From positions 1 through 64,000 of the forward strand of contig MTMD02000010.1 of NCBI GenBank assembly GCA_002010065.2: 64,000 bases of DNA. The letters are read 5' to 3'. Shown one piece after another: positions 48,683-57,532 of the stretch. Made by a program: the position numbers and the translations under genes. Below the pieces are notes generated by a model that was not told where the DNA came from, searched no databases, and was given only the letters and a program-made list of their open reading frames with translations. Each line of letters starts with the position of its first letter. Position 1 is the stretch's first letter. This stretch comes from Candidatus Pyrohabitans jungbluthii. Lineage in GTDB: Archaea > Hydrothermarchaeota > Hydrothermarchaeia > Hydrothermarchaeales > BMS3B.

Positions 48683-49759
48683 TTACACCCCGCTTTTAAA
48701 TCTGTTCACACTTTTAATCAAAACCAGATAGAGAGGCAGAGGCATTAGCGCAAATAAAGCGAAGGGGGCAATCTCATAACTCCCACCCAGAGAGAGACTT
48801 GTGACCACATTCAGGGGCGATATGGTGCTGAATTGCATGCCCGCCAGGAAGAGGTTCATTAATAGCAACGAATACAGGAAGTGGGCTGTGCCCCTTTTCC
48901 TGTAACTCAGCACAAGAAGACAGCCAGAGATAATTAAAATAAGGGCGACGCTAAGAGTTAAGAGGAGGATTAAAAGTTCCCGCTCAACGGCGATGCCATT
49001 AAACTCCAGCAGCCTTATCCAGAGGTAGGACTGCACAGGCACTATTGCAAGGCAGACGATGATTTTGGCATTTATAACCTGAAGCAAGCTTAAGGGCGAA
49101 GAAATGAGAATGTCTAGGGTCTTTTTCTCCATTTCCTCTGTGAATAAGTCGATAATCAATCCGCCTGCAATAAAAGCGGGAGCAAGTATCAGCAATGGTA
49201 TAAGTATACCATAGACGAACTCAAAATAGCTTGATTTAACCCTGCTTTTCCCGATGCTGAGCTCATACCCCAGCACTTCCCTGATACCATCGGGTAAATA
49301 ATCAACTCTCCCCCTGCGAAGATTTTCCTCATACCTTTCAATGGGCTCCTTGAGATAAGAGGCTATCAATGTAGCTTTGATATCATTTTTGGGCAGATAT
49401 AAATCTATTTTAACAGGATCTGAGTATGGATCTCTTCCCGTAGATACCACCAGTATCCCATCCACATCATATCTATAAAAAGAATCAAGCGCTTTAGAGA
49501 AATCCTTGTAAAATTTCAGATTAAACTTTCCATCCTGCTGAAGCAGATTTATCAGTTCTTTGTCCTCAGATAGAACCGCCAGATCCACTCTCTCAAGGCC
49601 GTATGTGCCTAAAGTCTCTGGAGAAACATAACTCATAATTCCTACAACCAGAAAGGCGGAAAAGGAAGCTATTAAAAGTTGAATCAGCACCGTCAAAATT
49701 AGAGTCTTTTCCTTTATCAGACTCCTGAACTCCTTCTTGACCAGAGCTAACTCCTTCAT
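48683..49759 (-). CDS. ABC-2 type transporter permease (NatB-like)
   Basis: LVKKEF N-terminus, extracellular loop, EEMEKKTLDILISSP, multiple TMs. Confidence 0.85.
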   Translation of the reverse strand: MKELALVKKEFRSLIKEKTLILTVLIQLLIASFSAFLVVGIMSYVSPETLGTYGLERVDLAVLSEDKELINLLQQDGKFNLKFYKDFSKALDSFYRYDVDGILVVSTGRDPYSDPVKIDLYLPKNDIKATLIASYLKEPIERYEENLRRGRVDYLPDGIREVLGYELSIGKSRVKSSYFEFVYGILIPLLILAPAFIAGGLIIDLFTEEMEKKTLDILISSPLSLLQVINAKIIVCLAIVPVQSYLWIRLLEFNGIAVERELLILLLTLSVALILIISGCLLVLSYRKRGTAHFLYSLLLMNLFLAGMQFSTISPLNVVTSLSLGGSYEIAPFALFALMPLPLYLVLIKSVNRFKSGV

Positions 49760-51561
49760 GCTCCCCCTCCAAGCAAAGAGTAATTGTAAAGAAGGTGAGC
49801 GACGCCTGAAAGCGTTAAGAGGAGTAAAAACCTCCTGTTTATCCTCCCTCTGCTCCACACCAGTCCCAGAGCAGCTGTGGAAGTTAACACCACATGAAGC
49901 AAAAGAGCATTGAGCAGATATCCCTTGAGGAAAATAACATAGCCAAACAGGGACTGGGAAATCTGGGCAAGGGTTACAAGAGCTATCAGCTTTTCTCCGA
50001 TAAAGAAACCTGAACCGCAGAACGCGCCAAGGAGTACTGTTCTACCAGGGCTCAATTTGGAATACCTGACAACTCCAGCCACGAAGGCTATCTTGATAAC
50101 CTCCTCTAAGAAGGCAGAGAGGGTAAGCATCAGGTAGAGTGATAGTGGGAGAGGCACCTGGAATAGAGCCACTATAAATATTAATTCAAGCATGTACGCC
50201 GCTACCGATGCCAAAATTCCAAAGAATACGCCTGCAATTAACCTCTCTCCACCCTTCTCCCACATTATATTAATGCCATAAAAAATTTTGTCAAAGATGC
50301 CCTTCTGGGAAAAGAGTACCTCCTCTCTGAACATCAGAGTCCCCATGAAAAATATAATTGCGCTCATTGCAAATAAAGGGAGAGTTGTAAAAATATATTT
50401 GGAAAATTCTACTTTTTCGCCATCCATAACATTTACTATTATTGAAACAGGAGATATGTTGCTCACCGCATGTATATTCACAAACATAGCCGGAAAGAAT
50501 AGGAAAGAGAAGAATATTACTGAAATAAAAATTATAATAAAGGAATTTTCTTTATAGCTTCTGCTCAATATGGACACCAGGAAAGAAAGGGACAGTAAGA
50601 AAAGAATAACCGGAATCAGTATCAAGATTATCTCAACTTCCAGCTTCTTTCTCAGAATCAGCGTTATTGCTATCACACTGATCAAAGTTAATAAAAAGTG
50701 CGCAAGGGTTTTGCCAATTACCACATCCCCTGCGCTGAGAGGAGATGTCAGGAGCAGCTCAGCACGGCGATTTGTTCTCTCTTCCAGCATGCTCGAAGAA
50801 TAAAACTGCGAAAACAGGTATATTGGAAAGGCAAGCAGAAAAGTTAGAAGGACTGATTTAAAAGGCAATGGGGGAGAGAAAATAGCTGGAAGGGTTATCC
50901 TCGACTCTTCCTGAGTTATTCCACGAACATCAAACCTCGCCTTCCTGTACTTCTCAATCAGATTCACAACTTCAGAGCGGGGCAGTGATTTTGGGTTGAG
51001 ACTCTCAACCCTGCCCCCATCCGGGAAAGATTCAACTGCAGCTGAAACCTTCTGCTCCTCAGGCTGAGCGGAGGTGAAGTACTGGAACTCCTCGCTGCGT
51101 TTTAAATAATGAGTCTGAATCCATAGCGGGAAGGCATAGTTGACATGCTCTTCATCCACAGCAAAGATGGTCAGGGTTTTATACAGCCTTAAAGCCTGGG
51201 AGAGGGCATCCAGGGCTGCGAGCGACCTTTTAGAATCAGTATAAATTATCTTCGTCTCACCATTGGAGACCACAAGCAAATCCAGCTTTCCTCCTTCAAG
51301 CAGAACCTCCCCTCCATCTTTTATGTCCACTAGCCTGAACCTTCCGTCGTATTCGAGGGCAGATTTTATTATCCTGTCTTCTCCAGATATTCCGGCTGAA
51401 TACAGAGCTTGTCCAGATGATGGCGAGGAGATAGATAGTAAAAACAGGGCTATAAAAGAGGCGAAGAGTAAAAGAGTGAGAATAGTAACATTGAAGCCAA
51501 ATTTTGGCTTTGAACGTTTAATTTCCCATTTTGCTATGATCAGGATATTTTTAAAATTCAT
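49756..51561 (-). CDS. ABC-2 permease fused to a PrsW-family intramembrane protease
   Basis: EERTNRRAELLLTSP..GK permease motif; C-terminal EEVIK, GFFIGE, LLH, HLLYN PrsW motifs. Confidence 0.82.
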   Translation of the reverse strand: MNFKNILIIAKWEIKRSKPKFGFNVTILTLLLFASFIALFLLSISSPSSGQALYSAGISGEDRIIKSALEYDGRFRLVDIKDGGEVLLEGGKLDLLVVSNGETKIIYTDSKRSLAALDALSQALRLYKTLTIFAVDEEHVNYAFPLWIQTHYLKRSEEFQYFTSAQPEEQKVSAAVESFPDGGRVESLNPKSLPRSEVVNLIEKYRKARFDVRGITQEESRITLPAIFSPPLPFKSVLLTFLLAFPIYLFSQFYSSSMLEERTNRRAELLLTSPLSAGDVVIGKTLAHFLLTLISVIAITLILRKKLEVEIILILIPVILFLLSLSFLVSILSRSYKENSFIIIFISVIFFSFLFFPAMFVNIHAVSNISPVSIIVNVMDGEKVEFSKYIFTTLPLFAMSAIIFFMGTLMFREEVLFSQKGIFDKIFYGINIMWEKGGERLIAGVFFGILASVAAYMLELIFIVALFQVPLPLSLYLMLTLSAFLEEVIKIAFVAGVVRYSKLSPGRTVLLGAFCGSGFFIGEKLIALVTLAQISQSLFGYVIFLKGYLLNALLLHVVLTSTAALGLVWSRGRINRRFLLLLTLSGVAHLLYNYSLLGGGA

Positions 51562-51664
51562 TTTTAATCAGAATTACTGAGGAATTTCTTAACCTTTTTG
51601 TTTCGATAGCTGAAAAATAATGCTTAAATAATCTGCTTCGAAAAACTAAGAAAGAGGTATTTTT

Positions 51665-52543
51665 ATGTTAAAAGTTGAGAATGTATCAAAAAAGTATGGT
51701 GATTTTCAAGCTGTTGATAATATATCTTTCAGAATAGATAAAGGGGAGATATTTGGAATAGTCGGGCCAAATGGTGCCGGGAAAACCTCAATTATTAAAA
51801 TGATAGTCGGTCTAATAGAGCCGTCGGAAGGTGAAATCTGGATTTCACACTACAACATCAAAACCATGAGTGAGGAGGCGAAACGGCTGATAGGCTACCT
51901 GCCCGAGGAGAGTCCTGTATATGAGGATATGACAGCCATCGAATACCTGGATTTTTTCGGAGAGATATATGGAGTAGAAAGGCAGGAGTTAAAAGAAAGA
52001 GTGGATGCTATTTTAAATGATTTAAATCTTAAACACAGGAACAGGAAGCTTGGTGAGATGTCCAAGGGTATGAGGCGTAAGGTCGCGATTGCCCGCTCCC
52101 TCATAAACAACCCCTCTGTGCTTGTTTACGACGAGCCCACTTCTGGCTTGGACCCCATAACCTCCAACTATGTAATGGAATATATCAGGAAATTAAAGGG
52201 TGAAAAAACCATACTTTTAACCACCCACAACCTCTACCAGGCAGAGAAAATCTGCGATAGGATACTGATACTGAAGGACGGCAGAATCGTGGCTGCTGGA
52301 CCTGTGGAGGAGATTAAGCAGAGGTTTGGAGGGGTGAAATATGCGCTCTGGTTTAGATTAAAAAACATTTCAGGAATTGATCTGCCAGTGGAAAATAGAA
52401 ATGGGTGCAGAGTTGCTTTTAGTTCTAACATTGAAGATATCAATGCTCTCGCTAGCGAGGTGTCCCGAAGGGGCGGAGAGATTGTAAAGATAGAACACCA
52501 TCCCTCAAATCTTGAAGAGGTGTTCTTGGAGGTTGTTAAATAG
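51665..52543 (+). CDS. ABC transporter ATP-binding protein
   Basis: GPNGAGKT, MSKGMRRK, VYDEPTSGLDP, TTH. Confidence 0.95.
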   Translation: MLKVENVSKKYGDFQAVDNISFRIDKGEIFGIVGPNGAGKTSIIKMIVGLIEPSEGEIWISHYNIKTMSEEAKRLIGYLPEESPVYEDMTAIEYLDFFGEIYGVERQELKERVDAILNDLNLKHRNRKLGEMSKGMRRKVAIARSLINNPSVLVYDEPTSGLDPITSNYVMEYIRKLKGEKTILLTTHNLYQAEKICDRILILKDGRIVAAGPVEEIKQRFGGVKYALWFRLKNISGIDLPVENRNGCRVAFSSNIEDINALASEVSRRGGEIVKIEHHPSNLEEVFLEVVK

Positions 52544-52618
52544 GTTATACCCAAAATTATAAATATTCTCCTTTTACTTAGGGTGCTATGAAATGACATA
52601 GCACAGGAGGTGCCGAGG

Positions 52619-53956
52619 TTGAGAAACGCATGGAAGATTCTATTGCCGCTTATGCTTCTGGCGCTTATTGCAGGATGCGCCCAGAAGGCAGAGGAGGGGG
52701 CACCTAAGGCAGCTGGTGCAGAGGCTCCAGAGGCGATACGCATTGGTCTTGTGGCGCCACTCACCGGCCCAGCAAGCACCACCGGCAACGACATGTTAGA
52801 AGCGGCTGAGCTTGCAGTGGAGGAGATCAACGCCCAGGGCGGAGTTTATGTGAAGGAGTATGGCAAGAAGATTCCGCTCAAGCTCTACAAGGGCGACACA
52901 GAGACTTCTACACAGGGCGGTGTTAAAGCCGTGACAAAGCTCATAACCGAAGACAAGGTGCATGTGCTTGTGGGCGGATTCTCGAGCAGCATTACCTACG
53001 CTGATCAGGTTGTTGCGGCAGAGCACAAGATGCCATTCATAATCACCGGCGCGAGCTCACCCGTTATTACCCGAAGAACCGACATAGACACGTCGACCTT
53101 CTTCCACCACTGCCCCACTACAGAAGACTACTCCGAGGCGACAATGCTCTTCGTCGACCAGGTCATAAGGCCGGCGATAAACGCCAAGTTTGGCTTCAGC
53201 GAGGATAGACCGCTTCGCCTGGCGATGGTGTACCAGGAGGGCAAGTACGGTGAGGGCGTTCTCGAGGGTGTGAAGAAGGCGATTGAGAAGCACGGGCTCA
53301 AGATAACCATCGTAGCCGAGGAGAAGTTCAAGCGCGGAGAGAGCGACTTCCGCACCATACTGACGGCGGTTAAAGCGGCGAAGCCAGACGTGGTGTACCC
53401 CGCCACCTTCCTGAACGAGCAGGTGCCACTCGTTACGCAGGGCAGGCGCGACGTGGGCCTGAACACCATTTATCTTGCGGTTGAGGCAACGGACGACCCG
53501 GACTACTACCGCGACGTTGGCGAGTGGGGCGACTACTCCATACAGGAGAGCAGATTCTCACCATACACCACGCCACCAACGCCAGTAGGCGAGAGAGCCC
53601 AGCGCTTCAAGGAAAACTTCTACAAAAAATACGGGGACTACCCGAGCATGATGGGCGCTTCAACCTATGAGGGCATATACATCGCCGCCAAGGCGATTGA
53701 GATGGCAGGCAGTCTGGACAAGGCGAAGATCGTGGAAGCGCTCAACCAGCTGGAGATGGAGGAGATAGTGGAGCCCATGAAGGGCGGCAAGATATCCTTC
53801 AAGAACCAGTACCACGAGAGCAAGTTCGAGCTGTACATGCAGCAGCTTCGCTACGACCCCAACATAGGCGAGCCTCGCCCTGTGATAGTCTGGCCAGACA
53901 ATCTGAAGGAGGCGGACTTCGAACTTCCGCCGTGGTATGAGCCGGGACCGCCCTAG
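52619..53956 (+). CDS. Branched-chain amino acid-type ABC substrate-binding lipoprotein (LivJ-like)
   Basis: Lipobox LIAGC; IRIGLVAPLTG; AVEEINAQGG; SDFRTIL..PDVVY. Confidence 0.9.
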   Translation: MRNAWKILLPLMLLALIAGCAQKAEEGAPKAAGAEAPEAIRIGLVAPLTGPASTTGNDMLEAAELAVEEINAQGGVYVKEYGKKIPLKLYKGDTETSTQGGVKAVTKLITEDKVHVLVGGFSSSITYADQVVAAEHKMPFIITGASSPVITRRTDIDTSTFFHHCPTTEDYSEATMLFVDQVIRPAINAKFGFSEDRPLRLAMVYQEGKYGEGVLEGVKKAIEKHGLKITIVAEEKFKRGESDFRTILTAVKAAKPDVVYPATFLNEQVPLVTQGRRDVGLNTIYLAVEATDDPDYYRDVGEWGDYSIQESRFSPYTTPPTPVGERAQRFKENFYKKYGDYPSMMGASTYEGIYIAAKAIEMAGSLDKAKIVEALNQLEMEEIVEPMKGGKISFKNQYHESKFELYMQQLRYDPNIGEPRPVIVWPDNLKEADFELPPWYEPGPP

Positions 53957-53968
53957 GGCGGCTCTCTC

Positions 53969-53985
53969 TATTTTCTCTCTTTTTT
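53969..53985 (+). terminator. Oligo-T archaeal terminator after the SBP gene
   Basis: TATTTTCTCTCTTTTTT downstream of the stop. Confidence 0.5.
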
Positions 53986-54038
53986 AGGACGGTATCTTTT
54001 TCAGCTTATTCTGCATAATATTAAGCGGAGGTGGAGAG

Positions 54039-54710
54039 ATGAAGATAACCTGGCACGGGCATGCTTGCTTTGAGCTTGTGGGAAGCAAACGTGTACTCAT
54101 TGATCCCTTCATCACCGGCAACCCGCTTGCAAAGGTTAAACCTGAGGAGCTTTCGCCGGATGTGCTGCTGATAACCCATGGGCATGAAGATCACCTGGGC
54201 GACGCCGTGGCGATATCCAAGCGTGCCAAACCAAAGATCGCCGTGATTCACGAGATAGCGGTTTTCCTGCAGGAGCAGGGTATCGAGGCGGAGGGGATGA
54301 ACTTCTATGGCTCGGTGGATTTAGATGGGGTGAAGGTTACCATGGTGCCTGCGCTGCACTCCAGCAGCTACGCAGGGCGCTACATGGGCGACGCCTACGG
54401 TTATGTGGTTGAGATGGACGGCATTAAGGTATACCACGCGGGCGACACAGGTATCTTCGGAGACATGAAGCTCATAGGCGAACTTTTTTCGCCAGATATC
54501 ATGCTGGTACCAGTGGGCGACAGGTACACCATGAGCCCACAAATAGCCGCCAAAGCGGTGGAGCTGGTCTCGCCAAAGATTGCGATACCAATGCACTTCG
54601 CCACATTCCCGGTGCTTGTGAGCAGCGCCGCTGACTTCAAGCGCCTCGTGGAAGAACGCAGCAAGACTGAAGTTGTGGTTTTAGAGCCAGGCGAGAGCTA
54701 CGAGCTTTAG
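54039..54710 (+). CDS. Metallo-beta-lactamase-fold hydrolase (UPF0173)
   Basis: ITWHGHACF, LIDPF, THGHEDHLGD, YHAGDTG, PMH. Confidence 0.92.
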   Translation: MKITWHGHACFELVGSKRVLIDPFITGNPLAKVKPEELSPDVLLITHGHEDHLGDAVAISKRAKPKIAVIHEIAVFLQEQGIEAEGMNFYGSVDLDGVKVTMVPALHSSSYAGRYMGDAYGYVVEMDGIKVYHAGDTGIFGDMKLIGELFSPDIMLVPVGDRYTMSPQIAAKAVELVSPKIAIPMHFATFPVLVSSAADFKRLVEERSKTEVVVLEPGESYEL

Positions 54711-54726
54711 CTCAGCTTTTTTTAAG

Positions 54727-54753
54727 TTACCCGAATGAAGTGAGGGCGACGAT
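54727..54753 (+). repeat. Short palindromic element (27-bp type)
   Basis: TTACCCGAATGAAGTGAGGGCGACGAT, directly after a T-tract terminator and an AG. Confidence 0.75.
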
Positions 54754-54814
54754 TCAAAGAATCTCGACCAAGTTACTTTTCAAGAACTTATTTTAAAGCT
54801 TCAGTAGTGATTGT

Positions 54815-55840
54815 ATGCTTAGAGAAGCGTGCTGCTATGAGCGCTTAAGCGAAGGCAGAGTGCGGTGCAACCTCTGCATAAGGAGATGCATAATCAGCGA
54901 AGGTAAGCGTGGTTTTTGCAGAGTTCGCGGGAATCGTGGTGGTAAGCTGTACAATCTCCACTACGGCGAGCTTTCCAGCTTCTCTGTGGACTACGTGGAG
55001 AAGACTCCGCTCTACCTCTTCTACCCCAACCACCAGTTTCTGAACCTGGGAGGCGTGGGGTGCAACCTTGCATGCGATTTCTGCCTCACCTGGAACATCA
55101 CTCAGGTTGACCCCAACGAGGTTAAAACCTCGAAGCTAACGCCGGAGCAGATAGCCAGCGCTGCAAAGGCGACGAGATGCAAGGGCATAGTTTACACTCA
55201 CTCGGAGCCAACGCTAAACCTGGAGTTCTACCTTGAGGTGATGAAGGCTGCGAAGGAGCAGGGGCTGAAGAATGTGCTTGCCACCAATGGCTACATTACC
55301 CTAGAGGCCTTCTCCAAGATTGAGCCCTATCTGGATGCAGTGGCGCTGACCTTTAAGGGCAGTGCTGACTTCTACTCCCGCAGGTGCGGCGTCGCCTATG
55401 CGAAGGAGCACCTCCATGCGCTTGCGAGGAGAATTCGCGACGCAGGCAAGCACCTCGAGGTGGTGATGGTTCTCATCCCTGACGAGAACGACGACGAGGC
55501 TAGCCTGGCTGAAGCTGTGCATCTTGCCAAGCTCGGCAATGCGAGCATTATCTTCCTGCGCTTTTTCCCCAGCTACAGGATGGACACCCTCGAGGCAACG
55601 GACGAAGCGACGCTGGAGCGCGCTCTGAGCTATGCATACTCCAATGGCGTGGTCGCATTCCTGGAGAACATCTTCTCCCACCCCGGAAAGAACCTGTACT
55701 GCTCAAGCTGTGGAAACCTTTTAATAAGGCGCGAGGGTTATGGTGTTGTGGAGTGGAACCTGCGTACCTCTGGGGATAAGAACTTCTGCAAAGCGTGCGG
55801 GGCTTTGGCTAAAGTCGTGGGAGACCTGAGGAATGATTAG
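54815..55840 (+). CDS. Radical SAM enzyme, divergent AmmeMemoRadiSam (AmrS)-like
   Basis: CNLACDFC; N-terminal CNLC..C..GFC; EKTPLYLFYP; TNGYI; C-terminal CSSC/CKAC. Confidence 0.85.
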   Translation: MLREACCYERLSEGRVRCNLCIRRCIISEGKRGFCRVRGNRGGKLYNLHYGELSSFSVDYVEKTPLYLFYPNHQFLNLGGVGCNLACDFCLTWNITQVDPNEVKTSKLTPEQIASAAKATRCKGIVYTHSEPTLNLEFYLEVMKAAKEQGLKNVLATNGYITLEAFSKIEPYLDAVALTFKGSADFYSRRCGVAYAKEHLHALARRIRDAGKHLEVVMVLIPDENDDEASLAEAVHLAKLGNASIIFLRFFPSYRMDTLEATDEATLERALSYAYSNGVVAFLENIFSHPGKNLYCSSCGNLLIRREGYGVVEWNLRTSGDKNFCKACGALAKVVGDLRND

Positions 55841-56780
55841 GGTCGAGCGTCTGAGCAAGCGTTATGGCAATGCCCTTGCTTTAAGAGAGGTGAGCTTCTC
55901 CGTAGAGAGGGGTGAGGTCTTCTGCCTTCTGGGCCCCAATGGCGCTGGTAAAACCACGCTGCTTTCTATACTGGCGACGCTCGTGAAGCCAAGCGCTGGT
56001 GAAGCGTACATCAACGGCATCTCGATTCGCGATGCCAAGGCTGTGCGCAGCCGCATTGGCGTTGTCTTCCAGGACCAGAGCCTTGACTTAAAGCTCACTG
56101 CCTGGGAGAACCTCGAGACAATAGGGGTGCTCTACGGGCTACGTGGCGAAAGGCTTGCGCATCGCATTGCGCAGGTGCTGGAGCTCCTCGGCGCAAGCGA
56201 AGTGGCGAACACGCTTGTGAAAAACTTATCCGGGGGTATGAGGCGCAGGGTTGAGGTGGCTAGAGCACTCCTGCATGAGCCAGAGGTGCTCATTCTGGAC
56301 GAGCCCACTCTGGGACTTGACCCCAAGGTGAAGGAGGAGCTCTGGGACCACCTGCTCAGGCTTAGGCGTCGCGACGCGACGGTGCTGCTCTCCACCAACG
56401 ATTTGGAAATCGCAGAAGCGTGCGACCGCATAGCCATAATGGACCGAGGCAGCGTAGTCGCTATTGGCTCAGCGGCGCAGCTTAAAGCGAGGATCGCCGG
56501 AGAGGTGGTGCGCATTACAACGCGCGCTCCTGAGGAAGCACTGGAGAAGCTGCGCGAGCTTGATATTCACTCTCCCCGGGTGCTAAGGGAAAAGCTCGCC
56601 TTCATTGCCAAAGATGCTGAAGAACTGGTGCCGCGCATAGCGAAGCTCCTCGGCGAGCTAGCTCTGGCGATAGAGGTGCGCCGCCCTACTCTAGCGGATG
56701 TCTTCCTCTTCTCCACAGGCAGAGAGATAGAGGGCGACAAAGGGAAGGGGCGCAAGAAGCGCGGGAGGCGCAGGCGATGA
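55833..56780 (+). CDS. ABC exporter ATP-binding protein (DrrA-like)
   Basis: GPNGAGKTT, IGVVFQDQSLD, LSGGMRRR, DEPTLGLDP; H-switch reads STN. Confidence 0.92.
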   Translation: MIRVERLSKRYGNALALREVSFSVERGEVFCLLGPNGAGKTTLLSILATLVKPSAGEAYINGISIRDAKAVRSRIGVVFQDQSLDLKLTAWENLETIGVLYGLRGERLAHRIAQVLELLGASEVANTLVKNLSGGMRRRVEVARALLHEPEVLILDEPTLGLDPKVKEELWDHLLRLRRRDATVLLSTNDLEIAEACDRIAIMDRGSVVAIGSAAQLKARIAGEVVRITTRAPEEALEKLRELDIHSPRVLREKLAFIAKDAEELVPRIAKLLGELALAIEVRRPTLADVFLFSTGREIEGDKGKGRKKRGRRRR

Positions 56781-57532
56781 GCACCTTAGCGTGCATCTTC
56801 ATAATCTGGAAGCGGGACATAAAGCGCTACCTGAGGGAGCGCTCCCAGATTTTCTCAACGCTTTTCACCTCCCTGCTGTGGCTGGTGCTTTTCGGCATAG
56901 GTATAGGAGCGATGGAACTCAAGCGCGTGGACATAAACTACCAGGCGTTCCTCTTCCCCGGCATAATATCCATGGCGCTTCTTGTTACTTCTGTGCGCTC
57001 CGGTATATCTGTGATACGCGATCGCGAATTCGGCTTTCTGCGTGTTCTGATGATTACGCCGGCGCCAAGGCATGCGCTTGTGCTCGGGAAGGTGCTGGGC
57101 GGCAGCACAGCGGCGCTGCTTCAAGCGCTGGTGCTCCTCTCCCTAGGATGGGTGCTCGAGGTGAGAGTAACTCCGCTCAGCTTTGCCCAAGCTGCGCTGC
57201 TTGTGGTGCTCACCTCCCTTGGCTTTGTCGCCTTGGGTGTGGTGATCGCAAACCTCATAGACAGCTTAGAGGGCTTCAACCTGGTTATGAGTCTGCTCAT
57301 TATGCCTGCGTTCTTCACCAGCGGGGCGCTCTTCCCGATATTCGTTCTCCCAGAATGGATGCAGACGCTGGCAAAGCTCAACCCACTCTCTTATGGCGTC
57401 GACGCCCTGCGCGAGGTTCTTGTTGGATTCCCGCCCAGCTACTTCGGCTTGGGCAGAGACGTTGCGACGCTTGCTGTGTTCACCTCGGCGATGCTCCTTC
57501 TGGCGGTGCTCACCTTTGAGAGGCGCTCATAG
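56777..57532 (+). CDS. ABC-2 exporter permease (DrrB-like)
   Basis: FLFPGII, DREFGFL..P..GK, FTSGALFP, NPLSYGVD. Confidence 0.92.
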   Translation: MSTLACIFIIWKRDIKRYLRERSQIFSTLFTSLLWLVLFGIGIGAMELKRVDINYQAFLFPGIISMALLVTSVRSGISVIRDREFGFLRVLMITPAPRHALVLGKVLGGSTAALLQALVLLSLGWVLEVRVTPLSFAQAALLVVLTSLGFVALGVVIANLIDSLEGFNLVMSLLIMPAFFTSGALFPIFVLPEWMQTLAKLNPLSYGVDALREVLVGFPPSYFGLGRDVATLAVFTSAMLLLAVLTFERRS

